Source: an uncultured Gemmatimonadales bacterium (GTDB lineage: Bacteria > Gemmatimonadota > Gemmatimonadetes > Gemmatimonadales > GWC2-71-9). From it: DNA of 64,000 nucleotides. Every line of letters starts with the position of its first letter. Position 1 is the stretch's first letter. Shown one piece after another: positions 19,970 through 30,355 of the stretch. The stretch lies in the NCBI GenBank assembly GCA_963795085.1, contig CAWCFX010000002.1:96001-160000 (forward strand), read 5' to 3'. The notes under the pieces were generated by a model. It worked only from the letters and a program-made list of their open reading frames with translations. It did not search any database and was not told the DNA's origin. Made by a program: the position numbers and the translations under genes.

Positions 19970-21286
19970 TCACGTGTTTCCTCTCGCTCTTCCCACCACC
20001 GCCCATCCGACAAGGAAAAACACCGCCAGGAAGGCCACGCCGCCGATCGCCAGGCTGGGCTGAGTCACCGCGATCACGGTGAGCACGACGGCGTACATGA
20101 TCAGGACGAGGGCAGGCAACAGGGGATAGAACGGGACCCGGAAGGGCCGGTCCATATCAGGGTGAGTGCGGCGAAGCCGGAACAACGCCAGGAACACGAT
20201 CCCGTCCACCACCAGGGCGTTGAAGGTGAGGAACCGGATCAGGAGTTCGAAGGTGCCCGTGACGGCAAGAAGAAAGATGAGGCCGGCCGTCAGGGCCAGG
20301 GCGGCGGTCGGCGTGCCGCCGCGATTGACCTTCGTCAGGATGGCCGGTCCCAGGCGGTCGGTCGCAAGGCCGTATGGAATCCGCGGAGTACCCAGGAAAT
20401 TGGCGTTCAGGCCGGCGAGAAGCACGACCAGCCCAACGGCCGTGAGTGCGGCGTTCACGTGGGATCCGAGTACTTCCGTCAGGGCATCCCGGGCCACGAA
20501 ATCGGAGGCGGCCATCTCGGCCGGCGTGAGGGCGTGCAGGAATGAAAAATTGAGAAGGAGATACAAGACCGTGACGCCCAGGGCGCCCCCGATCAGCAGG
20601 CGGGGCATGTTCCGGCCGGGGTCGCGCACCTCGCCGGCCATCTTCACCGCGTCCTCCCACCCGTAGTACGTGAACCAGATGGACTGGTAAGCCAGCACGA
20701 CGCCGGTGGCGATGCCGGCCTCGGGGACGAAAGATGTGCCCGCCTGCCAGGAGGCCCCGTCGCCCAGCCAGAACGCGAGCCCCACGACCGCGACCAGCAG
20801 CAGCACCTTGAGAAAGGTCGTCACGTTCTGGAGGATGGAACCGGCCCGAAGCCCGATGAGGTGGATCAGGAAGAGCAGCACCACCACGCTGCCGGCGAAC
20901 ACCGGTGCCGATCCGAATCCCACCAGGGCGACCAGGTAGGTTCCGAATACCACCGCCTTGGATGATGCGGTGAAGGCCCGGATCCCGGCCAGCTCGGCCC
21001 AGCCCACCGCGAAGCCGGCCACGTCCCCGAACGCCTCGCGGGCATAGAGATATTTGCCGCCGGCCCGGGGGAACATCGCGGAGAGCTCCGCCAGGGTGAG
21101 CGTACTCATCATGACCATGACGCCGCCCAGCGCCCACATGCCGAGGATCAGCCAGGGCGAGCCGAGATAGGACGCGACCAGTCCGGGCGTCCGCAGGATC
21201 CCCACCCCGATGATAATTCCCACGACGATCGCCAGCCCGTCGAATGGGCTGAGGATCCGGAGCAGTTGTCCGCGAGACCCGGTCAC
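19970..21286 (-). CDS. APC-family amino acid permease
   Basis: GIIIGVGI, ELSAMFPRAGG, YYGWE; about 12 TM helices. Confidence 0.9.
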   Translation of the reverse strand: MTGSRGQLLRILSPFDGLAIVVGIIIGVGILRTPGLVASYLGSPWLILGMWALGGVMVMMSTLTLAELSAMFPRAGGKYLYAREAFGDVAGFAVGWAELAGIRAFTASSKAVVFGTYLVALVGFGSAPVFAGSVVVLLFLIHLIGLRAGSILQNVTTFLKVLLLVAVVGLAFWLGDGASWQAGTSFVPEAGIATGVVLAYQSIWFTYYGWEDAVKMAGEVRDPGRNMPRLLIGGALGVTVLYLLLNFSFLHALTPAEMAASDFVARDALTEVLGSHVNAALTAVGLVVLLAGLNANFLGTPRIPYGLATDRLGPAILTKVNRGGTPTAALALTAGLIFLLAVTGTFELLIRFLTFNALVVDGIVFLALFRLRRTHPDMDRPFRVPFYPLLPALVLIMYAVVLTVIAVTQPSLAIGGVAFLAVFFLVGWAVVGRARGNT

Positions 21287-21454
21287 GCAGTGGTCCGGCG
21301 ATCCTGCCGGGCTGGGGAGCGCTGAGACGGGAGAGGGGGGGCCGGGGCCGGGGACCGCGATGCCATCGGCCCGGCGGCGCAGGATTCCGTCACCGGGAAA
21401 GGGATAACCTGTGATCCCATGTCCAATCCTTTCAGGAAACTATCCGCCTCCGGG

Positions 21455-23521
21455 CTATCGGGCCAGATGAAATTCCAGTGGGACGCCTGCCAGAGATATC
21501 TTGACCAGCCGGTGGGGCGCCGCTGTGGTCACAAAGAAGTTGACCGTCGCCGGCCCTCCCGTCATCTCGGCCCGGTAGGTTTCAAAGCTCCCGGCCGGGA
21601 CCTGGACCGTGTCCACGCCTTTGACCACAAGGGCCATCGTGGTCACCGCGTTCTGTCCCGCGCTGAAGACATTCATGGTCCATTCCGCGTCGGCGGCCCA
21701 CGCCAGCGCGGGAAGCAGGCCGGTGATGCTGTTATCGTCGAGGGTGCCCGCCGCGACGACCGTGTCGATGGTCACGGTGCGGAACTCGGGCTGGCCGGCC
21801 ACTACCGCCTCCCCCTTCACCCGGCCGCCGGCGTACTGAAGGCTGATCCTGGTGGGTTTGCCCTGCATGGTGCCGGACTGGGTGACGTCCTCCACGTTCC
21901 CATCCGGACCGAGCCGCACGGTCGTGGACTGCTGCATGAAGCCCCCGATGCTGGTCTCTTCGGTGAGGAGGAATCCGCCGTCCACCACCCGGGTCTCGTT
22001 CCGCTGGTACCCCATCGAGTTGCCCTGGACCAGGACCGCGAAACTGTCCCGGGCTGGTACCAGCTTCGATAGATCGACGGCGAGGCCTCCGGCCGGCGCC
22101 AGCAGGGCGGCCGGATCCAGGCTGTCTCCGCTAACCGAGAAGATCCTGACCGGGCCGATGGCCTGCAGGGATTCGTAAATCCGGGTGGCGTCTCCCACCA
22201 CGACGACCAGGGGAGTCCGGGACTGAAACACCGCGCGTGCCGCTGCCCGGGCATCGGCCCGGGACACCGCGGCGATGCGGGTCCGATAGGTCTGGAGATA
22301 GTTAGCGGGGAGGCCGAGGAGTTTGGCCAGCGCGACGGCGCCGGCAACCTGGTTGGCCGTTTCAATGGTGAGCGGAAACCGGCCGACCAGCGCCCCCTTG
22401 GCCGCGGCCAGTTCGCTATCCGGCAGGGGCGTGTAACCCAGCCGGGTGATCTGGGCCAGCATTTCCCGGAGCGTCGAGTCGGTCACCTCGGCCCGCACAT
22501 CCGCGGCGGCCTGGAAGGTGCCCAGGCCCTTCGGGCGATCCAGGGTGGAGAATGCCCCGTAGGTCCAGCCCCGCTGTTCCCGGAGTGTCAGGAAGAGACG
22601 GCTGTCCGCGCCCCCGCCCAGCACCTGGTTGGCCACCTCGGCGGCAAAGCGGCGCGGGTCGGTGGGGGTGAACGTCGTGTTGCCGGTGATGATGTTGGAC
22701 TGGGCCGCCCCCGGGCGATGTACGAGAAAGATCTCGGTCGCCGTCCGGGCCGGTGGGGCGGGGAAGGCGGCGGCAATGGGCGCCCGGCCGGTCCACCCGG
22801 CCAGCGAGGCCGTCACCAGCCGGCGGACTTGGGCCATGGTAATATCGCCTGCGATCACGAGCAGGGCGCCCGCCGGGCGGAGCCGGCGCCGCTGGAACTC
22901 CGCCAGGTCTTCCCGGGTCAGGGCCTTGAGCGATGCCTCGCTCACCTGGCGGCCATACGGATGGCGGCCGTACACGCGGCGGGCGAAGAAGCGGGAGGCC
23001 ACCGTTCCGGGTTGCGACAGTTCCAGCTGCAGGGATGAAAGCGAACGGGTGCGTGCCAGTTCCAGTTCCTCCTCTGCGAAACGGGGCCGGAGCACCGCGT
23101 CGGCCAGCAGCGAAACGGCCAGTGCCGCCTGGGGCGCCAGGACATCCGCGCTGACCATCAGGAAATCGCGCCCTGCGCCGGCGTTCAGGCTGCCGCCCAC
23201 GCCCTCGATGGCCGCGGCCATTTCCTCGGCAGTCCGGTCGCCAGCGCCCCGGGTAAGCAACTCGGCGACCATGCTGGACAGTCCTTCCTTGCCGGCCGGG
23301 TCGTGGACGCTCCCGGCGGGAAACGCGAGCGTCATCGAGAGAACCGGCTGCGCGTGGCTCTCGACGAGGACGATGCGCAGGCCGTTGGGCAGCACGGTCT
23401 CCTGAAATGGAGGAAAGCGGGCCGGTGTTACCGGGCCGGCGGGAGGCGGGTCGGTTGGAAATTGCGCCGCCGCCGGCCGGGCCAGGCTTCCCAACGCGAG
23501 GGCGAGAAGCAGGGTCTTCAT
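21455..23521 (-). CDS. M16 peptidase non-catalytic subunit with extra C-terminal beta domain
   Basis: LPNGLRI, SRLF.TLREQRGWTYG; lacks HxxEH; signal peptide; ATGA overlap with the upstream gene. Confidence 0.88.
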   Translation of the reverse strand: MKTLLLALALGSLARPAAAQFPTDPPPAGPVTPARFPPFQETVLPNGLRIVLVESHAQPVLSMTLAFPAGSVHDPAGKEGLSSMVAELLTRGAGDRTAEEMAAAIEGVGGSLNAGAGRDFLMVSADVLAPQAALAVSLLADAVLRPRFAEEELELARTRSLSSLQLELSQPGTVASRFFARRVYGRHPYGRQVSEASLKALTREDLAEFQRRRLRPAGALLVIAGDITMAQVRRLVTASLAGWTGRAPIAAAFPAPPARTATEIFLVHRPGAAQSNIITGNTTFTPTDPRRFAAEVANQVLGGGADSRLFLTLREQRGWTYGAFSTLDRPKGLGTFQAAADVRAEVTDSTLREMLAQITRLGYTPLPDSELAAAKGALVGRFPLTIETANQVAGAVALAKLLGLPANYLQTYRTRIAAVSRADARAAARAVFQSRTPLVVVVGDATRIYESLQAIGPVRIFSVSGDSLDPAALLAPAGGLAVDLSKLVPARDSFAVLVQGNSMGYQRNETRVVDGGFLLTEETSIGGFMQQSTTVRLGPDGNVEDVTQSGTMQGKPTRISLQYAGGRVKGEAVVAGQPEFRTVTIDTVVAAGTLDDNSITGLLPALAWAADAEWTMNVFSAGQNAVTTMALVVKGVDTVQVPAGSFETYRAEMTGGPATVNFFVTTAAPHRLVKISLAGVPLEFHLAR

Positions 23522-24876
23522 GGTGTGGCTCCTGCCGGGCCGGCCGGCGGCGGTGTTACGACCAGCAAAAGGGAGTTCTCGGGGCGGAACCATTCCCGGG
23601 CGACCCGTACCAGGTCCTCCCGGGTCACCGCCATGTACCGTGCAAAGCTGGTATTGATCGCCTCGGGCCCGCCCAGGAACAGGTTGGCGTGCTGCAGGCC
23701 CTCGGCGATCCCCATGGTTGTCTGCCTGCTGCGGATCGCCTCGGCGCGGAAGGTGTTGCGCGCCTTGGTCACTTCCGCTTCGCTCACGTCGCCGGAGGCC
23801 AGCCGGGCCACCTCCGCCACCAGCAGGGACTGCAGGGAATCGGGATGCACTCCCTGGTTAGCGACCGCGTAAGCGAGAAAGAAATTGGGGCCCCGCCGGG
23901 GCCCGAAAATTCCGTTGGCGGCAAAGGCGCCCACTGCGGCGCGGGTCTCCCGCACCAGGGCCCGGTTGAGGCGGCTGCTCTCCCCCTGGCCGAGCAGGGT
24001 ACCGAGCAGGGCCAGCGCGGGGGCATCGGCGTGGTTCTCCGCCGGGGTGCGATAGAGCAGCAGCACCGCCGGCAGGGTGGCATTCCGGTCTTCCAGGAAT
24101 CGCCGCAGGGCGCCGGGGTGCCCGGCCTGCTCGCAGGCGACCGGTGGCGGATCAGCGCCGCGCGGAATCTCGCCGAAGTACTCCTGGATCAGCCGGCGCG
24201 CCTCACCGGGGACAAAGTCGCCGCTGACCACCAGGGTGGCGTTGTTGGGCGCGTAGTACAGTCGGAAGAACTCCCGGACATCCTCCACCGAGGCCGCGTC
24301 CAGATCGGCCATCGAGCCGATGATCGAGTGGCTGTAGGGAAAACAGGTCGCCGAATCGAAGAGGGCCGTGGTGCCTTCGAAGATGGCGGCGCCGTACGGC
24401 TGGTTGTCCACCCGGAGCCGGCGCTCCTCCTTCACGGTTTCGGTCTGGTTGGCGAGGTTGGAATCGGTGATCGCCAGCGAGCGCATCCGGTCCGCTTCCA
24501 GCCACAGCCCGAGATTCAGGCGGTTGGAAGGAAGGGTCTCGTAGTAGTCGGTCCGGTCGCTCTGGGTGGTGCCGTTCATGGCGCCTCCCGCCCGCTCCAC
24601 CAGCTGCATGTGTTCGGCCTTGCCCACGTTCGCCGACCCCTGGAACATCATGTGCTCGAACAGGTGGGCGAATCCGGTGCGACCGGGCCGCTCGTTCCGG
24701 GAGCCGACGTCGTACCACACGTTCACGGTGACGACCTGCGCCGTGTGATTCTCGGCTAGAATGATCGTGAGGCCGTTGTCGAGGGTGTAGGTCTCGAAGG
24801 GGATCTTGCCGGGTTCCTGGGCAAACAACGGGGCCGCGAATGCGAGACTGCCGGAAAGGAGGATAGTTCTGATCAT
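23518..24876 (-). CDS. M16 (pitrilysin-family) zinc peptidase, catalytic subunit
   Basis: GFAHLFEHMMFQGS, LEADRM; signal peptide. Confidence 0.94.
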   Translation of the reverse strand: MIRTILLSGSLAFAAPLFAQEPGKIPFETYTLDNGLTIILAENHTAQVVTVNVWYDVGSRNERPGRTGFAHLFEHMMFQGSANVGKAEHMQLVERAGGAMNGTTQSDRTDYYETLPSNRLNLGLWLEADRMRSLAITDSNLANQTETVKEERRLRVDNQPYGAAIFEGTTALFDSATCFPYSHSIIGSMADLDAASVEDVREFFRLYYAPNNATLVVSGDFVPGEARRLIQEYFGEIPRGADPPPVACEQAGHPGALRRFLEDRNATLPAVLLLYRTPAENHADAPALALLGTLLGQGESSRLNRALVRETRAAVGAFAANGIFGPRRGPNFFLAYAVANQGVHPDSLQSLLVAEVARLASGDVSEAEVTKARNTFRAEAIRSRQTTMGIAEGLQHANLFLGGPEAINTSFARYMAVTREDLVRVAREWFRPENSLLLVVTPPPAGPAGATP

Positions 24877-25043
24877 AGGGTGTCGCATCCCAGAATTAAT
24901 GTGGTGCACTTGCGATGGTACGGATGCCTGGTGTCGCAAGTACTTTAGCGCTGAGGTGCCAGAACAGAGAGCCCGACGACCAAACCGCGTAGGCTCGGCG
25001 GGTCGTGGCGACCCATGCACCGATGCGGTTATGCGCTTCCGGT

Positions 25044-25916
25044 TCAGGTCGGAAACAGAGTCAGGCTGTTGCTCGAGACGATTGCGCGCTGTGCCTCGGG
25101 CGGCAGCGGCAGGGCGAGGAACTGGTCGAGGTTCTGCCGTAGGTCCCTGACTCCCGGGCTGGGCCAGTCGGTGCCCCACACCGTCTTGTGCGCGATCTCG
25201 CCCAGACGGGGAAAATACTCCAGGACTTTCGTCGGCGGGATGCCGGATAGCTCGAGAAAAACGTTTTTGTGCCGGCGGAGAACAAAGAACGCCTCGTCCA
25301 TCCAGAAGGGGCGGCCGCCGTGCGCCAGCAGGATGGGCAAGTCGGGAAAATCGATGGCGACATCGTCAATCTCCAGCGGGTTGCCCCACTTGGAGCGGGC
25401 GCCGGGGAAAATGCTGGTGCCGGTGTGGATCATGACCGGGACGCCGCGCTCCTCGCACCGGCGGTAGATCCGCCCCAGGGCATCGAGTCCCTCGGTGTAG
25501 GCATTGGCGGGGAAGAGCTGGTGGGGCGGGTGGATCTTGAAACAGCGGATGCCGAGGTCGAGCAGCCGGTCCACGTCGCCTGCCGGGTCTTTCGTGAAAC
25601 GGGGGTGCACGCCGCCGAACGGGAGCAGCCGCGCCGGGGCCGCCGACGCGTACCGGGCGGAGAAATCGTTGGTTGAATCGTCGAACCCCATGAGGTCGGG
25701 GCTGGGGTAGTTTATAAGGCCGACCCGCTGGATCCCCGAACGGTCCATGATCTCGAGCAGGAGCCCCGGGTCCTCCATCAGCTGGATGAGCCGCTCCCAG
25801 TGCCCTTCCTTGCCCTTCTTCATGACCTCCAGCACGGCGGGCTTCATCTGCCGCCAGGGCTGGATGTGAATGTGAATGTCGGTGACCGGGTAGGGGAGCG
25901 GCGGTGGCGTCGTCAT
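25044..25916 (-). CDS. Amidohydrolase_2 family protein
   Basis: DIHIH, KIHP, IHTG, LAHGG, WGTDWP. Confidence 0.9.
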   Translation of the reverse strand: MTTPPPLPYPVTDIHIHIQPWRQMKPAVLEVMKKGKEGHWERLIQLMEDPGLLLEIMDRSGIQRVGLINYPSPDLMGFDDSTNDFSARYASAAPARLLPFGGVHPRFTKDPAGDVDRLLDLGIRCFKIHPPHQLFPANAYTEGLDALGRIYRRCEERGVPVMIHTGTSIFPGARSKWGNPLEIDDVAIDFPDLPILLAHGGRPFWMDEAFFVLRRHKNVFLELSGIPPTKVLEYFPRLGEIAHKTVWGTDWPSPGVRDLRQNLDQFLALPLPPEAQRAIVSSNSLTLFPT

Positions 25917-26024
25917 GGGCAGGAAGGCTAGGGGAAATCGGTGGAGGGGGCAAGGGAAGCTCTGGTTCCCCCGTGATGCCGGGTGTATGTTCCCGCCTTC
26001 GCACCGCCAAAGCCGGAGCCCTCC

Positions 26025-26687
26025 ATGTTCGTCGGCCACTATGCGGTCAGTTTCTACCTCAAGGCCCGGGAGCCGTCGATCCCGCTCTGGATACTGGTCC
26101 TGGCGGTCCAGTGGGTGGATGTCCTCTGGGCATTCCTGGTGCTGGCCGGGGTCGAGGATCTCGCCATGGTGCCCGGCATTACCAGGGCGAGCCCGCTCGA
26201 TCTGCGCTACGTCCCCTATACCCACAGCCTGGCGGCCGTCGTCGGCTGGTCGCTGCTGGCCGCATGGGCCTGGTACCGGGTCCGGCCGGGACGGTCCGGT
26301 CGGGCCCGGGCGGCGCTCGTCGTGGGGGTGGCGGTGCTGTCGCACTGGATCGCGGATGTTCTGGTGCACCGCCCGGATCTCCCGCTCTACGACAACAGCC
26401 ACAAAGTGGGGCTGGGGCTCTGGAATTATCCGCTGGTTTCGTTCCCCCTTGAAATCGGCCTGCTGGCCGCGGGGATGTGGTACTGGTTCCGGACGGACCC
26501 GGCCCGGGTGAAGGGGCGCAATCTCATGCTGCTGGGAATCGTCATGCTGATCAGCCAGGTAATGACCAACTTCGGCCCGGTGCCCGCTGCCCCGGCGTCC
26601 TTCGTCGTCCTGGCGCTGGTCTTCTACGCCGGGTACACGCTGGGGTCCGTGGCCTGTGAGTCGGCACCGGCGGCAGGGTCGGCGTGA
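26025..26687 (+). CDS. Membrane protein, putative metal-dependent hydrolase (YdjM-like)
   Basis: MFVGH, PYTHSL, LSHW.AD..VH motifs; multiple TM helices. Confidence 0.75.
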   Translation: MFVGHYAVSFYLKAREPSIPLWILVLAVQWVDVLWAFLVLAGVEDLAMVPGITRASPLDLRYVPYTHSLAAVVGWSLLAAWAWYRVRPGRSGRARAALVVGVAVLSHWIADVLVHRPDLPLYDNSHKVGLGLWNYPLVSFPLEIGLLAAGMWYWFRTDPARVKGRNLMLLGIVMLISQVMTNFGPVPAAPASFVVLALVFYAGYTLGSVACESAPAAGSA

Positions 26688-28924
26688 CGACGGACACCCG
26701 GCATCGCCTGCTGGCCGAAGCCCTGGCCGACCGCTACGATGTGGAGCGGCAGGTCGGGCGAGGGGGCATGGCAACCGTGTACCTCGCGCGGGACCTCAAG
26801 CACGGCCGCCAGGTGGCGATCAAGGTGCTTCACCCGGAACTCGCCGCCGCCATGGGCGCCGAGCGGTTCAGCCGGGAGATCCAGATCGCCGCCCGGCTCA
26901 ACCATCCCCACATTCTGGCGCTGTACGATTCCGGCACGGCGGGATCCTGGCTCTACTATGTCATGCCGTTCGTCGATGGCGAGTCCCTGCGGCAACGGCT
27001 GGAGCGGGAAGGGCGGCTGTCGGGAGAGGACGCGCTCGGCATCCTGCGGCATATCGGGAGCGCCCTGGAATACGCTCACCGCCAGGGCGTCGTTCACCGC
27101 GATATGAAGCCCGAGAACATCCTGCTGAGCGGCGGGTTTGCGCTGGTGGCCGATTTCGGCATCGCCAAGGCAGTGGATGATGCCGGGGCCGTCCGGCTGA
27201 CCCAGACCGGGCTGGGCATCGGCTCGCCCATGTACATGAGCCCGGAACAGGCCGTGGGCGAAACGACCCTGGGTCCCCGGTCGGACATTTACAGTGTGGG
27301 GTGCGTTTTCTACGAGATGCTGGTCGGCCGCCCGCCCTTCCAGGGCCGGACCACCGCACACCTGGTGTCTCAGCACGCCATCGAACCGGTGCCCCGGATC
27401 CAGGCCGATCGTCCCGACCTGCCCGCGATATTCGATGGTGTCATCCGGAAGGCGATGGCCAAGGATCCCGACCACCGATTCGCGTCCTTCGCGGAGATGT
27501 TGCAGGCCCTGGACCGGCCGCCCGATGCGCTCGCCTTTCCCGCCCCGGCGATCGCCGGCACCAAGCCGCCGGTTTCGATCGCCGTCCTCCCCTTCCTCGA
27601 TCACAGCCCCACCCGTGACCAGGAGTATCTCTGCGACGGCATCACCGAGGAGGTCATGGACGCGATTTCCCGGGCCGGGGGCCTCAAGGTCGCCTCCCGG
27701 GGGGCCAGCTTCGCCTACCGGGGGCGGGATGTCGACCCCCGCACCGTGGGCCGGGAACTCCAGGTCGGTGCGGTGCTGGAAGGCAGCCTCCAGCGTGCCG
27801 GGGACCGGCTGCGGGTGAATGCCCGACTCAACAGCACGGACGATGGGTTCCTGCTCTGGGGGGACCGGTTCGACCGGGAGATCACCGACGTTTTCGCCCT
27901 GCAGGATGAGATCGCCGGGGCCATTGTGGGGGCGCTCAAGCTGACCCTGTCCTCAGCCGAACGCCTGGTCCGCAAGCGGCAAACCGGCAACCTCGATGCG
28001 TACCAGCTCTACCTCAAGGGCCGCTATTACTGGAACCGCCGTTTCCAGGGCGGTCTGCAGAAAGCCATGGAATGTTTCCGGGGGGCCATCGAGTTCGATC
28101 CGCTCTACTCGATGCCGTACGCCGGCCTGGCCGACGCCTTCAATTCCCTGGCCTCCTACGACTACATGGCGCCGCGGGACGCCTATCCGCGCGCGTTCGA
28201 CGGCGCGCAGCGCGCCCTGGCGCTGGACCCGGGGCTTGCCGAAGCTCATACGTCGCTGGCCTGGTGCACGGCCCAGTGGCACCGGGACTGGGCCGGCGCG
28301 CTGCTGGGGTTCCGCACCGCGGAACGCCTCAACGCGGAATACGGGGTTACCCAGGCCTGGCACGCGCTGGTCCTGACCCAGCTGGGCCAGATGGACGAAG
28401 CGGTGGCCCGAATGCGGCACGGTATCGAGCTGGAACCGCTCGATATGCCGATCAACGCGGGGTTGGGATGGGTGTACTGTTACCAGCGGAAGTACGAGGC
28501 GTCGCGGGCGCAGCTGGAGTCCGCCATCGCGATGGACCCGACCTACCAGGCGGCCCGGGCCTTCCTCGGGATGACACTGGTCTGCATGGGCCGGTACCAG
28601 GAGGCGATCGACTGTCTCCAGCAGGCGCGGACCATTCCGGGGGCGGCCGGCCTGATCGGCCTGGCCCATGCCCGGCTGGGACAGGCGGACGAGGCCCGCG
28701 CGATGCTTGCCGAGATGGCCTCGGGCGCCGTCGTCAACCCGCACAGCATGGCCATCGTCCACATGGGGCTGGAGGAAACCGACCTGGCCTTCGAGTGGCT
28801 GGAACGCGGCATTGGGGACTTTACCATGATGCTCAACTTCGCCGCCGTGAACCCGGTGCTGGACCCCCTGCGCGAGGATCCCCGCTTCGCATCGATTCTG
28901 CAACGCCTCAACCTCATGGCCTGA
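26684..28924 (+). CDS. Ser/Thr kinase-TolB-like-TPR protein
   Basis: GRGGMATVY, HRDMKPEN, DFG; SIAVLPF..EYLCDGITEE; AYQLYLKGRYYW TPRs; no TM helix. Confidence 0.93.
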   Translation: MTTDTRHRLLAEALADRYDVERQVGRGGMATVYLARDLKHGRQVAIKVLHPELAAAMGAERFSREIQIAARLNHPHILALYDSGTAGSWLYYVMPFVDGESLRQRLEREGRLSGEDALGILRHIGSALEYAHRQGVVHRDMKPENILLSGGFALVADFGIAKAVDDAGAVRLTQTGLGIGSPMYMSPEQAVGETTLGPRSDIYSVGCVFYEMLVGRPPFQGRTTAHLVSQHAIEPVPRIQADRPDLPAIFDGVIRKAMAKDPDHRFASFAEMLQALDRPPDALAFPAPAIAGTKPPVSIAVLPFLDHSPTRDQEYLCDGITEEVMDAISRAGGLKVASRGASFAYRGRDVDPRTVGRELQVGAVLEGSLQRAGDRLRVNARLNSTDDGFLLWGDRFDREITDVFALQDEIAGAIVGALKLTLSSAERLVRKRQTGNLDAYQLYLKGRYYWNRRFQGGLQKAMECFRGAIEFDPLYSMPYAGLADAFNSLASYDYMAPRDAYPRAFDGAQRALALDPGLAEAHTSLAWCTAQWHRDWAGALLGFRTAERLNAEYGVTQAWHALVLTQLGQMDEAVARMRHGIELEPLDMPINAGLGWVYCYQRKYEASRAQLESAIAMDPTYQAARAFLGMTLVCMGRYQEAIDCLQQARTIPGAAGLIGLAHARLGQADEARAMLAEMASGAVVNPHSMAIVHMGLEETDLAFEWLERGIGDFTMMLNFAAVNPVLDPLREDPRFASILQRLNLMA

Positions 28925-28951
28925 CCGCGGACCCAGGATTCGGCCCACCCG

Positions 28952-30355
28952 TCAGGGGTGCCACCTGGCGTCGTGTTCCGCCTGCCGCCGGAAGAGCGCC
29001 GGATCGAAGAACCGCTCGTAGTATTCCACCTCGACATGGCACAGCTGCAGCCAGGTGCCCGGCTGGTAGAACGCGTCCACGTGGGCGGGGAACCTTCCAT
29101 AGGTGTCATAGATGTAGTGACACACCTCGCGGGTGTATTCGATGGCCCCGGTGGAGTAGCGGTCCCCGTCGCTGAGAAACGCCCGGCCGTCCGCGGGCCG
29201 CCGATAGGCGCGGTCGAATATCCCGCTGTTTCCGTAGGCGCCGCCGGGTCCGAACTTCTGCTCCAGCACCTGGTCGATGGCCTCGTCCACCGTGACATAG
29301 GGGGGACAGAGTCCTTCCAGCACGCCGTCGATCCCCACCGGATTGGGCTGGCTGGCCGGGAGCGGTGGCCAGCGCCGCCATTTCTTTTCCGGCGTGTGCA
29401 TCCGGAATCCCAGCCCGGGACCCACCTTTCCTCCCTGCCCGTCGAACAGGTACGCCCCCGGCGTGGTCACGTGGATCCACGCTCCCAATCCCATGCCTTC
29501 GGCCAGGAGCATCAGGTTCTGGGTCAGGAAGAAGGACTCGTGATCGGAGAGGAACGTGCGGACCAGTCCCAGGGGAATGGGAATGTCCGGATTGACGAAC
29601 CCGCTCCGCACCCGCCTGACTCCGCCGATCGGCTGGTAGGGAATCGCGGGGGCGAGATGGACCCTTGCGGCAAGCCACCCGATCCAGTCCATGGCATTCC
29701 TGGGGTGGAACTGCTGCCACTCATCGATGAACAGCGGGCGCTGGCCTTCCGGCTCCGCGCAGATATTGAGCAGGGCGTTGATGTACATCCGCGTCGTGTC
29801 GACCAGCGGGAGGAACATCGTGGTGCCAGGCACATTGGAGAGCTGCTTGTTCCAGCCGAGGTAGTAGGGAAAGGCGCGCGGGAAATCGAGCCGGGTGGGG
29901 GAGAGGCGGTGCTTGACCAGGGCGGCGGCCGCGAGCCAGTCGGCTTCGGTCCAGTCCCGCCAGCTGGTGGGGAGTCCCTTCATCGCGTCCAGGCCGGCCG
30001 GGGCGGGGAGCCGGCGGATCAGCCAGGTTCCCTCGTCGTTGACCATCACGAAATGGGTGGGCTGGCTGTTGTCGGGACTGCTGCCGGCCCGGGCCAGGAT
30101 ATTGAGGAATGGCGTGCCCAGTTCCCGCCCGTGGGTGGTGCTGTCGAGCGGGCCGTCGTGGGTGGTAATGCCGGTGAGCCCGGTGCTCACGATGAGCACC
30201 GCCTCCTCGAGCGGGCTCAGGGGCTCCGGCCGGTGGGGGCTCTCGTAGGAAAGCTCCCGGGCCAGCACGGAGGTGCCGCGGGCGACCCGGCGGCTCCTCC
30301 GCTGGGCGATGGCCGATACCAGTGGAAACGCCAGCAGATCGGCCAGGCCGGCCAT
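28952..30355 (-). CDS. Uncharacterised protein, nitroreductase-like fold suspected
   Basis: AIAQRRSRR and QNLMLLAEGMGLGAW motifs; TGATG coupling to the receptor gene. Confidence 0.65.
   Translation of the reverse strand: MAGLADLLAFPLVSAIAQRRSRRVARGTSVLARELSYESPHRPEPLSPLEEAVLIVSTGLTGITTHDGPLDSTTHGRELGTPFLNILARAGSSPDNSQPTHFVMVNDEGTWLIRRLPAPAGLDAMKGLPTSWRDWTEADWLAAAALVKHRLSPTRLDFPRAFPYYLGWNKQLSNVPGTTMFLPLVDTTRMYINALLNICAEPEGQRPLFIDEWQQFHPRNAMDWIGWLAARVHLAPAIPYQPIGGVRRVRSGFVNPDIPIPLGLVRTFLSDHESFFLTQNLMLLAEGMGLGAWIHVTTPGAYLFDGQGGKVGPGLGFRMHTPEKKWRRWPPLPASQPNPVGIDGVLEGLCPPYVTVDEAIDQVLEQKFGPGGAYGNSGIFDRAYRRPADGRAFLSDGDRYSTGAIEYTREVCHYIYDTYGRFPAHVDAFYQPGTWLQLCHVEVEYYERFFDPALFRRQAEHDARWHP

Noticed and set aside
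25040..25070. SRP RNA-like TCAGGTCGGAA
   Set aside because: It is the antisense of the amidohydrolase stop region and lacks the GGAAGCAGC motif and hairpin
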